Origin: Candidatus Eiseniibacteriota bacterium
GTDB taxonomy: Bacteria > Eisenbacteria > RBG-16-71-46
NCBI GenBank assembly: GCA_963725865.1
Contig: CAVSAC010000010.1
Coordinates: 896,001-960,000, forward strand
DNA: 64,000 bases
Direction: 5' to 3'
How positions within the stretch are numbered: position 1 is the stretch's first letter; each line of letters opens with the position of its first letter. Below the pieces are notes generated by a model. It had not been told where the DNA came from. It did not search any database and saw nothing but the letters and a program-made list of their open reading frames with translations. Position numbers and translations under genes: made by a program. Below are positions 20,020-30,415 of this stretch, in pieces.

Positions 20020-22134
20020 GGACGCTCCCGCTCCGCGGCCGCACCCGGGAATCCGCGCACCTCGTACGCGGTGTCGCACCACTCCGAGATGAACGGGTGG
20101 AAGTGAGCACCCCCAACGCGGCACCACGCGCTCTCGACGTACGCGACGCTGCACCGCTCGCCGGGCGACCCCACCACCACCACCGCCGCGCCGGAGCGCA
20201 CGAGATTCTCGGCCCAGCGCCCGCGGTCGGCCTGGTCGCGATAGTCGGGATGGAACTCCCACGCGCTCGCGGCCTCGCTCCACGGGCGTCCGACCGGGAC
20301 GTAGACCGGATGGCCCGAGAAGTCGCGGCCGTAATAGCCCCACCACGAGTCGACGCCGGTCACCGCGATCGGCCGCCCGTCCGCCAGCCGCCGCACCTGC
20401 TGCACGTCGGCGTAGCTCAGGTTGTGGATGCGCCTGGCGTAGCCGTCCCACACGGCGGCGAAGACGCGCTCGCGGCCACGGTCCACCTTCGCCACCACCA
20501 GCGCCAGCGCGCCGGTCACCAACAGCAGCCCGAGCGCGCGCAGCGCCAGCGACCAGCGGCGTCGCGCGAGCACGTGCGTCATCATCATCAGCAGCGCGGC
20601 CACCAGCATGCCGGGCACCACGTGCCCCGCCATGCGGCGCAGCAGGAACAGCGACAGCAGGCCGAGCGCGCCGGCGATCAGCGAGGGCAGCGGCAACCGC
20701 GAGAGTCCGGCCGCCGCGAGCGGCGCGAACGCCACGAATGTCGGCACCGCGAGCCGCAGGTTGTCGAGGTTGAGCCGCGGCGCGTTGCCGTTCATCGCGG
20801 GCGCGTACGCTCCGGAGAACGGCCCCAGCAGGTAGAGCAGCATGCACGCGATCGCGACCAGGAAGATGGTGCGCCCGCCGTCGCGCGGCGCGGTGGCGGC
20901 CAGGCCTCCGCGCTCGCGGCCGCGGGCGGCCATCCACAGCGGCACGCCGAGCAGGCCCGCGGCGAGCGCCGCGCCGTAGAACCCCCACAGCTTGTGCGGC
21001 GTGGTGTGCCCGGCGTAGCCCTCGAGCCACACCGCGCACCTGCGAGGTGCGCGCCTGGTCGAGCGTGCTCATGAGCCCCGGCAGCGTCCACGGGCCGATG
21101 CGCAGCTCGGCGGGGAACAGCGGATTGCCGGCCACGATCGCGTTGCGCACCATCCAGAAGCCGCCCATCAGCGTCGCCGCCCACAGCGTGGTCGGATGCG
21201 CGAGCAGCGACCGCACCCGCGCGCCCGCGCCGGCGCCGGTGAGCGCCACCAGCAGGATCAGCACCGCGTAGGCCGGCCCCGTGCCCTTGGTGCCCGCCAG
21301 CAGCCCGAGCGCCAGCAGCATCAGCGCGAGCTGCGGGCCGGTGGCGCCGCGGCGCGCGCGCACCGCGAACAGCAGCGCCACCGCGAACCACATCGCGAGC
21401 ACGTCGTCGATGCGGGTGCCGAGCGTGAGCTGCACCAGCCCGGGCCCCAGCGCCGTCGCCAGCGCCACCGCCTCGGCGACCGCGCCGCGCGCGCCGATCA
21501 GCAGGCCGAGCCGGCGCACCGCGAGCCCCAGGCCCCCGAGCGCGAGCGCGCTCACCCACGGCATCAGCGTCTCGCGGCCCGCGGCCCATCCGAGCCACAT
21601 CTGAAGCACCTCGCCGTTGCCGGGGAAGTAGAGCCCGAACACGGTCGGGTCGCGCAGCGCGGCGCCCACGGTGCCGGTCTGCATCCAGTACGCGACCATC
21701 GGCAGGTGGTAGTGGAAGCTGTCCCAGTCGGCGGGCGGGTTGCGGAGCGAGAACACCATGCGCCCGATCACCAGTCCGCCGAGCACGATCGAGAACAGCG
21801 CCGAGGGCGCGGGACCGCTCTCGACCGGCGGCGCGCCGGGCGCGGCATCGGTGCGCCGCGCGCGTCCGAGCATGGCGAACCCCGCCAGCGCCAGCAGCGC
21901 CCACGACCAGTCGCGCAGCAGCGCCAGCGCGCCGAGCATCAGGGCGGTCGTGACCAGCACCGCGGCCATCAGCGTGACGATCCCGAGCGCCGTCACGTCC
22001 CACGGGCTCTCGCCGAGCCGCCGGTGCATCGCCACACGAGCGCGGGCGGCTCCAAACGCGAGCACACCGAAGGCCACGGCCAGGCGGGGCCAGGCGCTGC
22101 GCGCGAGTTCGAAGCCGGCAGGGTCGAGCGTCAC
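20016..22134 (-). CDS. Polytopic membrane protein, GT-C-fold glycosyltransferase-like; frameshift at ~21037
   Basis: Many TM segments; WDSFHYHLP, YFPGNGE, GLLAGTKGTG, W..RN...GNPLFP motifs; continues in ORF 20016-21032. Confidence 0.7.
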
Positions 22135-22297
22135 GGGTTCACGAGACTCGGGCGCCGCATGCGGTCGCCCGCTCCAAGGAGGTCCGGGCCGGGCAGGTGG
22201 GTCTGCCGGCCGTCGTCTCGTTATCGGCGCAGGGGCGCGTCGTCTTCAGGCCATCGAGCGGCCGCCGGTCGCGGAACCGGCGCCTCGCCCGCGCCGC

Positions 22298-23524
22298 TCA
22301 GGATATACCCATCACCAGCCGCAGCGTGTCACGCGCGATGATCAGCTCCTCGTTCGTGGGGATCACGAGGGTGCGCACGGTCGCGCCGGCCGCCGACACG
22401 TCGGCCTCGCGCCCGACCGCCGCGGCGTTCTTCGCCGGGTCCACCGCGATGCCCATGAAGCCCAGGCCCTCGAGCGAGAAGGCCCGGATGCGCGGGGCGT
22501 TCTCGCCGATCCCGCCGGTGAAGATCACCGCGTCGACCCCACCCATCGCGCCGGCATAGGCCGCGACGTACTTCCTCAAGCGATAGCAGAAGATCGCGAT
22601 CGCCAGCGTCGCGCCCTCGTGCCCCTTGGCTTCGGCCGCGAGCAGCTCCGCCATGTCGTTGGAGAGTCCCGACACCCCGTACAGGCCCGAGTGCTTGTTG
22701 AGCAGCGTCGAGGCCTGGTGCTCGGTGAGGTCCTCCTTGTGCATGATGTGGAAGATCACCGCCGGATCCAGATCGCCGCAGCGGGTGCCCATCAGCAGCC
22801 CCTCGAGCGGCGTGAATCCCATCGAGGTGTCGACCGAGCGCCCGCGGTCGATCGCGCACGCGCTGGCGCCGTTGCCGAGGTGGCAGGTGACCAGTCGCGT
22901 CTCCTCGCGCGGGCGGCCGAGCAGCGCCTGCGAGCGCCAGCCCACGAAGCGGTGCGAGGTGCCGTGGAAGCCGTAGCGCCGGATGCCGTGGCGCGTGTGG
23001 AGGACCCGCGGCAGGCCGTACAGGTAGGCGTGCTGCGGCATGGTCTGGTGGTACGCGGTGTCGAACACCGCCACGTGCGGCACGCTCGGCAGCAGCTTCT
23101 GCGCCGCGTAGTAGCCGCGCAGGTTGTGCGGGTTGTGCAGCGGCGCCAGCTCCGCGCAATCCTCGATCTCGCGCACCACCTCGGGCGTGATCAGCGCGCT
23201 GGCCGCGAACTTCTCGCCGCCGTGCACCATGCGGTGGCCGACCGCATCGATCGCCGCGATGTCCGAGATCACGCCGGTCTCGGGCGCCGTGAGCGTGCGC
23301 AGGATCTCCGCGACGGCCACCCGGTGCTCGAGGATCTCGCGCGACTCGACGGTCTTGTCGCGGCCCTCGGGCCGGTAGGTGTGCAGCGCGCTCGCGGTCC
23401 CGATGCGCTCCACCGACCCGCGCGCGATCGTGCGGTCGCCGTTCTTCTCGATCAGCTCGGGCGAGGAATCGATGAGCTGGTACTTGACCGACGACGAGCC
23501 GGAGTTGAGGACCAGGATCTTCAT
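22298..23524 (-). CDS. ackA: Acetate kinase
   Basis: ILVLNSGSSSVKYQL, GHRMVHGG, APLHN, FDTAYH, YGFHGTSH, HLGNGAS, MGTRCGD, FTGGIGEN, TNEE. Confidence 0.97.
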   Translation of the reverse strand: MKILVLNSGSSSVKYQLIDSSPELIEKNGDRTIARGSVERIGTASALHTYRPEGRDKTVESREILEHRVAVAEILRTLTAPETGVISDIAAIDAVGHRMVHGGEKFAASALITPEVVREIEDCAELAPLHNPHNLRGYYAAQKLLPSVPHVAVFDTAYHQTMPQHAYLYGLPRVLHTRHGIRRYGFHGTSHRFVGWRSQALLGRPREETRLVTCHLGNGASACAIDRGRSVDTSMGFTPLEGLLMGTRCGDLDPAVIFHIMHKEDLTEHQASTLLNKHSGLYGVSGLSNDMAELLAAEAKGHEGATLAIAIFCYRLRKYVAAYAGAMGGVDAVIFTGGIGENAPRIRAFSLEGLGFMGIAVDPAKNAAAVGREADVSAAGATVRTLVIPTNEELIIARDTLRLVMGIS

Positions 23525-24417
23525 CGCGCCATCTCCGCCGTGGCGTCGGCGCGCACCCGTTCGTGGCCCTGGTAGACGAAGAACCCGCGCCCGGTCTTGC
23601 GACCCAGGTGGCCGGCGCGGACCATCTTGCGCAGCAGCGGGCAGGGCCGGTACTTCAGCTCGCCGAATTCCTTGAACAGGTGTTCCATCCACGCCATCAC
23701 CTTGTCGAGCCCGACGCGGTCGGCGTACTCGAGCGGCCCCATCTTGAACTCGTACGCGAGCCGGATGGCGTCATCGACGTCCGCCGCGCTCGCCACGCCC
23801 TCCATGACCACGTGCATCGCCTCGTTGAGCAGCGGCAGCATCACGCGCGTGAGCACGTAGCCGGGAGTCTCGAACACCTCGATCACGGTCTTGTCGAGCG
23901 CGTGCGCCAGGTCGAGCGCGCGCTGGAAGGTCTCGTCCGAGGTCTCGGCGCCGCGCACCACCTCGACCACCGGGCTGCGCGTCACCGGATGCATGAAGTG
24001 CATCCCCACCACCCGGTCGGGCCGGCCGGAGGCGGTGGCGATCTCGGTGATCGAGAGCGTCGAGGTGTTGGTGATGAAGATGCGGTCGTGCGGCAGCACC
24101 GCGCCCAGGTGGCGCATGACGCTCTTCTTGCTCTCGAGATCCTCCTGGACGGTCTCGATCACCATGTCGGTGTCGGTGAGCGCCGCGGGGTCGGTCACGA
24201 AGCGCACCCGCGAGAGCACCACCTTCTTCTCGGAGGCCGTGATGCCCCACTTCGCCAGCTCGGCGTCCAGCAGGCGTGCCAGCTCCTGCTCCGCGGCCCT
24301 GGCGCGCTCCTCGGAGACCTCGAGCACCGCCACGTCGATGCCGTTCGAGGCCACCTTCTCGGCGATCGACTTGCCCATGTGTCCACCACCGACGATGCCC
24401 AGCTTCCGGAATTCCAT
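23521..24417 (-). CDS. 3-hydroxybutyryl/3-hydroxyacyl-CoA dehydrogenase
   Basis: GIVGGGHMG, IETVQE..K, TNTSTLSITEIA, GMHF, MGP...D.VGLD, GRKTGRGF. Confidence 0.9.
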   Translation of the reverse strand: MEFRKLGIVGGGHMGKSIAEKVASNGIDVAVLEVSEERARAAEQELARLLDAELAKWGITASEKKVVLSRVRFVTDPAALTDTDMVIETVQEDLESKKSVMRHLGAVLPHDRIFITNTSTLSITEIATASGRPDRVVGMHFMHPVTRSPVVEVVRGAETSDETFQRALDLAHALDKTVIEVFETPGYVLTRVMLPLLNEAMHVVMEGVASAADVDDAIRLAYEFKMGPLEYADRVGLDKVMAWMEHLFKEFGELKYRPCPLLRKMVRAGHLGRKTGRGFFVYQGHERVRADATAEMAR

Positions 24418-24684
24418 CTCGGCTCCATCCTGTGCTTGAGCCGGGCGCACCCGACTCGCGGCGCGGCCGGACGGGAGTGTGTAGGGGTCGGCGGCAGTCT
24501 AGCGCGGGCGACCCGCGATGTCCCGCCGGCCCGGCGGGCCGGTTGCGCGCCCGGCGCGCAGGCCGCCCGCGAGTCGGGTGCCCTGCCGCGCGGGGAGGGC
24601 GGGCCGTGCCGCGAGGGTTGCGCGGCGCGCCCGGCGCTCGTACTGTGCAGGTGGACCGCGACGCCACCCCACACGCACGGCCCA

Positions 24685-24702
24685 CCGTGACGCTGGTCAC
24701 GG
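24685..24702. promoter_or_regulatory. Palindromic CRP/FNR-like site between divergent hbd and ccp genes
   Basis: CCGTGAC-GCTG-GTCACGG (GTGA-N6-TCAC core). Confidence 0.4.
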
Positions 24703-24811
24703 AGCGTGTCGGACGGACCCCGGCGACGCCGCCCCCGCGCCGCGCCCGTCCCCGCGCCTCGTCTTCGCGCGACCGCGGCCCCCCGTGTGCCGCGCACCAC
24801 GGAGGTGTGCG

Positions 24812-25846
24812 ATGAGGATCTCCCGCCGCACCTGGGTCGGGGCATTGCTCGCGAGCCTGCTGGCCGCGACGCTCGCCTACGCGATGGAACCGCTTCCCAA
24901 GCTGCCCCCCATTCCCACCGACAATCCACAGACCCTTGCCAAGGTCGAGCTCGGCAAGATGCTGTTCTTCGATCCGCGCCTGTCCAAGACCGGCACGGTC
25001 TCGTGCAATTCCTGCCACAACGTGATGGAGGCGGGCGAGGACGACCGCGCCAACTCGGTCGGAGTCGACGGCAAGACCGGCGACCGCTCCGCACCGACGG
25101 TGTGGAATGCCGCGTTTCTCTCGGCGCAGTTCTGGGACGGGCGCGCGGGCACGCTCGAGGATCAGGCCAAGGGCCCGATGGTGAACCCGATCGAGATGGG
25201 GATGACGAACCACGACCTGGTGATCGGCCGCCTGGCGCAGATCCCCGGCTACATGCAGCGCTTCACCGCGGTGTTCGGCGGGGCCGAGCCGCTCACCATC
25301 GACCACGTCGCGCAGGCGATCGCCGCCTACGAGCGCACGCTGGTGACGCCCAACAGCGCGTTCGACCGCTACGCGCGCGGCCAGAAGTCCGCGCTGAGCC
25401 CGGCCGCCGTGCGCGGCATGCAGAAGGCGGAGGCGCTCGGCTGCGCGGCCTGCCACAGCGGACCGGTGTTCGCGGGCCCGATCACCGAGCCCGGCACCCC
25501 GTTCCTGCAGAAGTTCCCGGGCTACACGACGAACGTCTACGTCGAGCGTTATCACCTCGCGGACGATCCGGGGCGCTGCAAGGTCACGCTGGACGAGGCC
25601 GACCGGGGCTTCTGGCGCGTGGCGATGTGGCGGAACGTGGCGCTGACGGCCCCGTACTTCCACAACGGTTCGGTGGCGACGCTGCACGAGGCGGTGAAGG
25701 TGATGGCGAAGACCCAGCTCGATCAGGACATCACGGACGCCGATGCGAGCGACATCGTCGCGTTCCTCGAGAGCCTCACCGGGACGTTCCCGGCGCAGAC
25801 CATGCCGCGTCTGCCGCAGACCCCGGGGCGGTCGCTGATCGAGTGA
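24812..25846 (+). CDS. Di-haem cytochrome c peroxidase
   Basis: Signal peptide; LGKMLFFDPRLS, CNSCH, QFWDGRA..LEDQA.GP..NPIEM, CAACH, NVALTAPYFHNG; GGAGG RBS. Confidence 0.92.
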   Translation: MRISRRTWVGALLASLLAATLAYAMEPLPKLPPIPTDNPQTLAKVELGKMLFFDPRLSKTGTVSCNSCHNVMEAGEDDRANSVGVDGKTGDRSAPTVWNAAFLSAQFWDGRAGTLEDQAKGPMVNPIEMGMTNHDLVIGRLAQIPGYMQRFTAVFGGAEPLTIDHVAQAIAAYERTLVTPNSAFDRYARGQKSALSPAAVRGMQKAEALGCAACHSGPVFAGPITEPGTPFLQKFPGYTTNVYVERYHLADDPGRCKVTLDEADRGFWRVAMWRNVALTAPYFHNGSVATLHEAVKVMAKTQLDQDITDADASDIVAFLESLTGTFPAQTMPRLPQTPGRSLIE

Positions 25847-25977
25847 ACCCAGGGCGGTGGCGCGAACCGCCGCCTACCGTGCCCGCGCCGCCCGGTGTGG
25901 ACGCGGGTCGCGCATCGCGGTGTACGTCGCGGGCGCTGGCGCAACTGGCCGGCGCCCGCTTCGTGCCGCAGGATCGA

Positions 25978-26100
25978 TCAGGGGCGATAGCGCGCTTTGA
26001 GCGCGCCCCACGACGTGGCGCTCGCCGCGGTGGTCGTGTCCTGCAGGGACTTCGAGGTCGTGTACACCCAGTCGCCGCCCTCGTCGCCGGTGCCATCGGG
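25978..26100 (-). pseudogene. Orphan 3' gene fragment or small ORF ending in SWGALKARYRP
   Basis: Last ~40 codons have genome-typical GC3 and end in the same tail as 17085-17807 and 29347-29997; no convincing start or signal peptide. Confidence 0.4.
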
Positions 26101-26403
26101 TGGAGCGGCCGTCGCGGCGTGGAGGGGAACTCCAATACGCCGCGGCCGGTACACGCAAGCACCGAGCCATGCCGCGCACCGTGCGGCCGCGAGCGCAACC
26201 ACATGCGCCCCATCGGGCGCGATGCGTGCGCGCTCGTCGCGCCCGCGCGAACCACCTGAGAAAACGTCAGGCGCCGCCCGCCACGCCGTCAGGCCTGCCG
26301 TCGCGTCGCCCACCGCGAGCGGCTACCTTGCCCCGCCGTCGCACCCTGCTAGAGTGCCGGCGATCCTGGCCGCGCGTCGCGGCCCGGCGAGGAGGTGGAC
26401 GCG

Positions 26404-26841
26404 ATGGCGTTCAACTGGAACTGGGTGCTGATCGTCGGCGGAGCGCTGCTGGTGCTCGTCGAAGTGGCACTCGGGGGTTTCGCGGGATTCGACCTGGTGC
26501 TGATCGGCTCGGCGCTGATCCTGGGCGGCGTGCTGGGGCTGTTCGTCCACAACGCGGCACTCGGCTTCATCGTCGCCGGCGTGCTGTGCGTGCTCTACAT
26601 CGTCGCCGGGCGCCGCTGGGTGCGCGCCCGCATGACCCAGCGCAAGGTCTCGAGCAACGTGGACGCGATGATCGGACAGCGCGCGGTGGTGACGGCGCGC
26701 GTCGCGGATCACGTGGCCGGGCAGGTGAAGGTCCGCAGCGAGACGTGGCGCGCGCTGCCGGTGTCCGGAGCGGGGCCGTTCGAATCCGGAGCCGAGGTGA
26801 CGGTGGAAGCCGTGGACGGCGTGACCCTTCAGGTGAGGTGA
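26404..26841 (+). CDS. NfeD-family membrane protein
   Basis: N-terminal TM helices, C-terminal OB-fold GQVKV..ETWRA..V.V..VDG.TL.V; adjacent to SPFH gene; AGGAGG RBS. Confidence 0.9.
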   Translation: MAFNWNWVLIVGGALLVLVEVALGGFAGFDLVLIGSALILGGVLGLFVHNAALGFIVAGVLCVLYIVAGRRWVRARMTQRKVSSNVDAMIGQRAVVTARVADHVAGQVKVRSETWRALPVSGAGPFESGAEVTVEAVDGVTLQVR

Positions 26842-26844
26842 TCC

Positions 26845-27726
<882 letters not shown>

Positions 27727-27727
27727 G

Positions 27728-29269
27728 ATGAACGATCCCGGCGGCCGCGGCGGGCAGATCGGGCGGGCGCTCGCGCTCGCCGCCTCCGCCGCGGCCGCGC
27801 TGTTGTTCCTGGGCACCGCGCTCGCGCGGCTTGGCTACCCGTTCGACCTCGAATGGCTCGAGGGCTGGATGGCCGAACATGTCGTGCGCCTGCGCGACGG
27901 CGCCCTGCCCTACCCCGCGCCCTCGCTGGGCTTCATCGCCGCCAACTATCCGCCGGTCTACCCGGAGCTCTGCGCGTGGAGCGGCCGCGCGCTCGGCGTG
28001 CTGGCGAACGAGTGGCGCGTGCTGCCGTGGATGCGCGCGATCTCGGTGCTGTCGACGCTCGCGGTGATGGCGCTGCTCGCGCTGCTCGCCCACCGCGAGA
28101 GCCGCTCGCGCACCGCGGCCGCGCTGGCCGCCGGGCTGTTCGCGGCGACCTACTCGCTGGGCGGCTTCTGGTTCGACCTCGCGCGCGGCGACTGCACCTA
28201 CCTGGCGCTGCTGCTCGGAGCCGTCGCACTGCTGACGATGGCGCCCGCCGGCGCGGGGCGGCTGTCGCGCGATCGCGCACCGCTCGGCGGCCGCGACGCG
28301 CTCGCGGTGCTGGGCGGCGCGCTGCTGGCGCTGGCGTTCTTCACGCGCCAGACCGCGGCGGTGATGTTCGCGCCGCTGGGGCTGCTGATGCTGTGGCGCC
28401 GCCCGGTGCGCGCCGTGCTGTTCGGCGCCGTCGCGCTGGCCGGCGTCGCCTGGCAGGCGCACGCGTGGCAGGCCGCGACCGGCGGATGGTTCCGCTGGTA
28501 CACCGTGCTGGTGCCGCTCGGCCACCCGTGGTGGGCCGGCCGCATCCGCGAGACCGCCGGCCCCGACCTGCTGCCGCTCGCGCCGCTGCTGCTGGTCGGC
28601 GCGTGGGCGGTGCTGCGCGGCGGACTGCGCGACCGCTGGCTGCACGTCGCGCTGGTCGCGGGCTGTCTGGGGTGCGGGATCTACCTGCGGCTCTATCCAG
28701 GCGGCTGGGTGAACGTGATGATCCCCGCGCACGCGGCCCTCGCGCTGCTGGGCGCGTGCGCGTGGGCCGCGGCCGAGCGCCGGCGCGGCGCGGTTGCGAC
28801 CGTGGTACGGGTCGCGCTGCTCGTCCAGTTCGCGCTGCTGGCGTACGACCCGCGGCGCGCGATCCCCACCCCCGCCGATCGCGCCGCCGGCGAGGCCCTG
28901 GTGGCGCGGCTGCGCGGCCTGCCGTCGCCGGTGCTGGTGCTCTCGCACAGCCACCTCGCGCGGCTCGCGGGCCGGCCCGAGGCGTTCTTCGAGATGGGGA
29001 TGAAGGACGTGCTCGCGGTGCGCGACTCGACCGCGTACGCGATGGACGACTCGCTGCGCGAAGCGATCCGCGGCCAGCGCTGGAGCGCCGTGGTCATGGA
29101 CCACATCGAGGTGCGCGAGCCGCTGATCGATCGCTTCGCCGAGGCGTACGCGCCGACCCAGGCGCTGATCTCGTCACCCGCGGCGTTCTGGACGCGCTCG
29201 GGCGTGCGCACGCGACCCGAGACACTGTGGATGCCGGTGCGGCGCGATACGGCGGGCGGCGGGGGCTGA
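27728..29269 (+). CDS. ArnT/GT-C-like polytopic membrane glycosyltransferase
   Basis: YPFDLEWLEG, NYPPVY, WFDLARGD, LAFFTRQ motifs; many TM segments. Confidence 0.7.
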   Translation: MNDPGGRGGQIGRALALAASAAAALLFLGTALARLGYPFDLEWLEGWMAEHVVRLRDGALPYPAPSLGFIAANYPPVYPELCAWSGRALGVLANEWRVLPWMRAISVLSTLAVMALLALLAHRESRSRTAAALAAGLFAATYSLGGFWFDLARGDCTYLALLLGAVALLTMAPAGAGRLSRDRAPLGGRDALAVLGGALLALAFFTRQTAAVMFAPLGLLMLWRRPVRAVLFGAVALAGVAWQAHAWQAATGGWFRWYTVLVPLGHPWWAGRIRETAGPDLLPLAPLLLVGAWAVLRGGLRDRWLHVALVAGCLGCGIYLRLYPGGWVNVMIPAHAALALLGACAWAAAERRRGAVATVVRVALLVQFALLAYDPRRAIPTPADRAAGEALVARLRGLPSPVLVLSHSHLARLAGRPEAFFEMGMKDVLAVRDSTAYAMDDSLREAIRGQRWSAVVMDHIEVREPLIDRFAEAYAPTQALISSPAAFWTRSGVRTRPETLWMPVRRDTAGGGG

Positions 29270-29346
29270 GGGAGCCGCGGCAGGCAGCTGCATCGTCGGC
29301 CCCCGCGCTCCTCGACTCGGATCCGACCGCTCGAAGGAGTTCTCGC

Positions 29347-29997
29347 ATGCAGCTTCGAACCCTGGTGCTCGCATCCATGCTCGTGACCGTGTTCGGGGCG
29401 GCCGCCCGGCCGGCGTCGGCCGTCGTTGCCGGCCAGATCGATACCTTCACGAGCGGCACCACCGAGGGCTGGAACTCGGGCGCCGGTCCGAATCCCGTCC
29501 CGCCGACGGTGGTGCTGTCGGGCGGCCCGAGCGGCGCGGGCGATGCCTACCTGCTCGTGCGCGGGCTCGGTGGCGTGGGAGCCGGGAGCAAGCTGACCGC
29601 GATCAACACGCTTCAGTGGACCGGGAACTACACCGCGGCCGGGATCGTGGGGCTCCGGATGGACCTGATGAACGCCGGAGCGAAGGATCTCGTGGTGCGG
29701 GTGATGGTCTCCACGCCGACCAACGAGGCGATCTCGGCCGCGACCGTCGTGGTGGCCGGCGGCGGGTGGATCCCGGCGTTCGTCTCGCTCGCCCCCGGCG
29801 ATCTCACGCCCGTGTTCGGGACCGCCAGTGGCGCGCTCGCGGGTGCCACCGAGCTGCGCATCATGCACGACACCAACCCGACGTTCCCGCCCGATGCCAT
29901 GGCGGGCGCGCTCGGCGTGGACAACATCGAGGCGATCGGCTCCGCGACGCCGGCGCCGACCACGAGCTGGGGACGGATCAAGGGGCTGTATCGGTAG
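29347..29997 (+). CDS. Secreted hypothetical protein with C-terminal SWGRIKGLYR tail
   Basis: AAGGAG RBS; signal peptide ..PASA|VV; beta-rich domain ending LGVDNI; P/T/A linker followed by the tail. Confidence 0.8.
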   Translation: MQLRTLVLASMLVTVFGAAARPASAVVAGQIDTFTSGTTEGWNSGAGPNPVPPTVVLSGGPSGAGDAYLLVRGLGGVGAGSKLTAINTLQWTGNYTAAGIVGLRMDLMNAGAKDLVVRVMVSTPTNEAISAATVVVAGGGWIPAFVSLAPGDLTPVFGTASGALAGATELRIMHDTNPTFPPDAMAGALGVDNIEAIGSATPAPTTSWGRIKGLYR

Positions 29998-30069
29998 GCG
30001 CGCTCACGCTTCGAGTCGACGCTCCGCACGCACCGGCCGCCGGATCGCAGGCAAGGAGTTCGCGCGCGC

Positions 30070-30366
30070 TCAGTAGTCGACGTGCTCGAGCTCGTCGAGA
30101 ACCCGCGCCTGCACGCCCTCGGGGCCACCGAAGCCCAGCGTGCCGCCAGCGCGCCGCCAGAGTTCGCCCAACGTGGCCAGGAATCGTCGCGCCTGCTCGA
30201 GCGAGCCGAACTCCAGGTTCACCACGACGAGGTTGGCGTCGTCGTCGGGGCGGTAGATCGTGTGCCGGGTCACGCCGTTGCGCGCACGGCCGACCGGATC
30301 GCTGTCGAACGCCCGCTTCCAAGCCTGATAGTCGGCCACTCGATGTTGGATGACGAGCATCGACAC
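30070..30366 (-). CDS. Small dimeric alpha/beta-barrel (ABM/cyclase-like) protein
   Basis: H.V.DY.AWK.AFD..P..R...GV..H.IYR..DD.N.V.V.LEF pattern; GGAGGAG RBS. Confidence 0.7.
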   Translation of the reverse strand: MSMLVIQHRVADYQAWKRAFDSDPVGRARNGVTRHTIYRPDDDANLVVVNLEFGSLEQARRFLATLGELWRRAGGTLGFGGPEGVQARVLDELEHVDY

Positions 30367-30415
30367 GACGGGCTCCTCCCTCGCTGGTGACTCGATGTGT
30401 GGAGCGGCCGGGCGC

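Noticed and set aside
19453..22134. 893-aa apparent membrane protein-Tat subunit fusion
   Set aside because: Artefact of the frameshift at ~21037; the Tat gene has its own GTG at 20019
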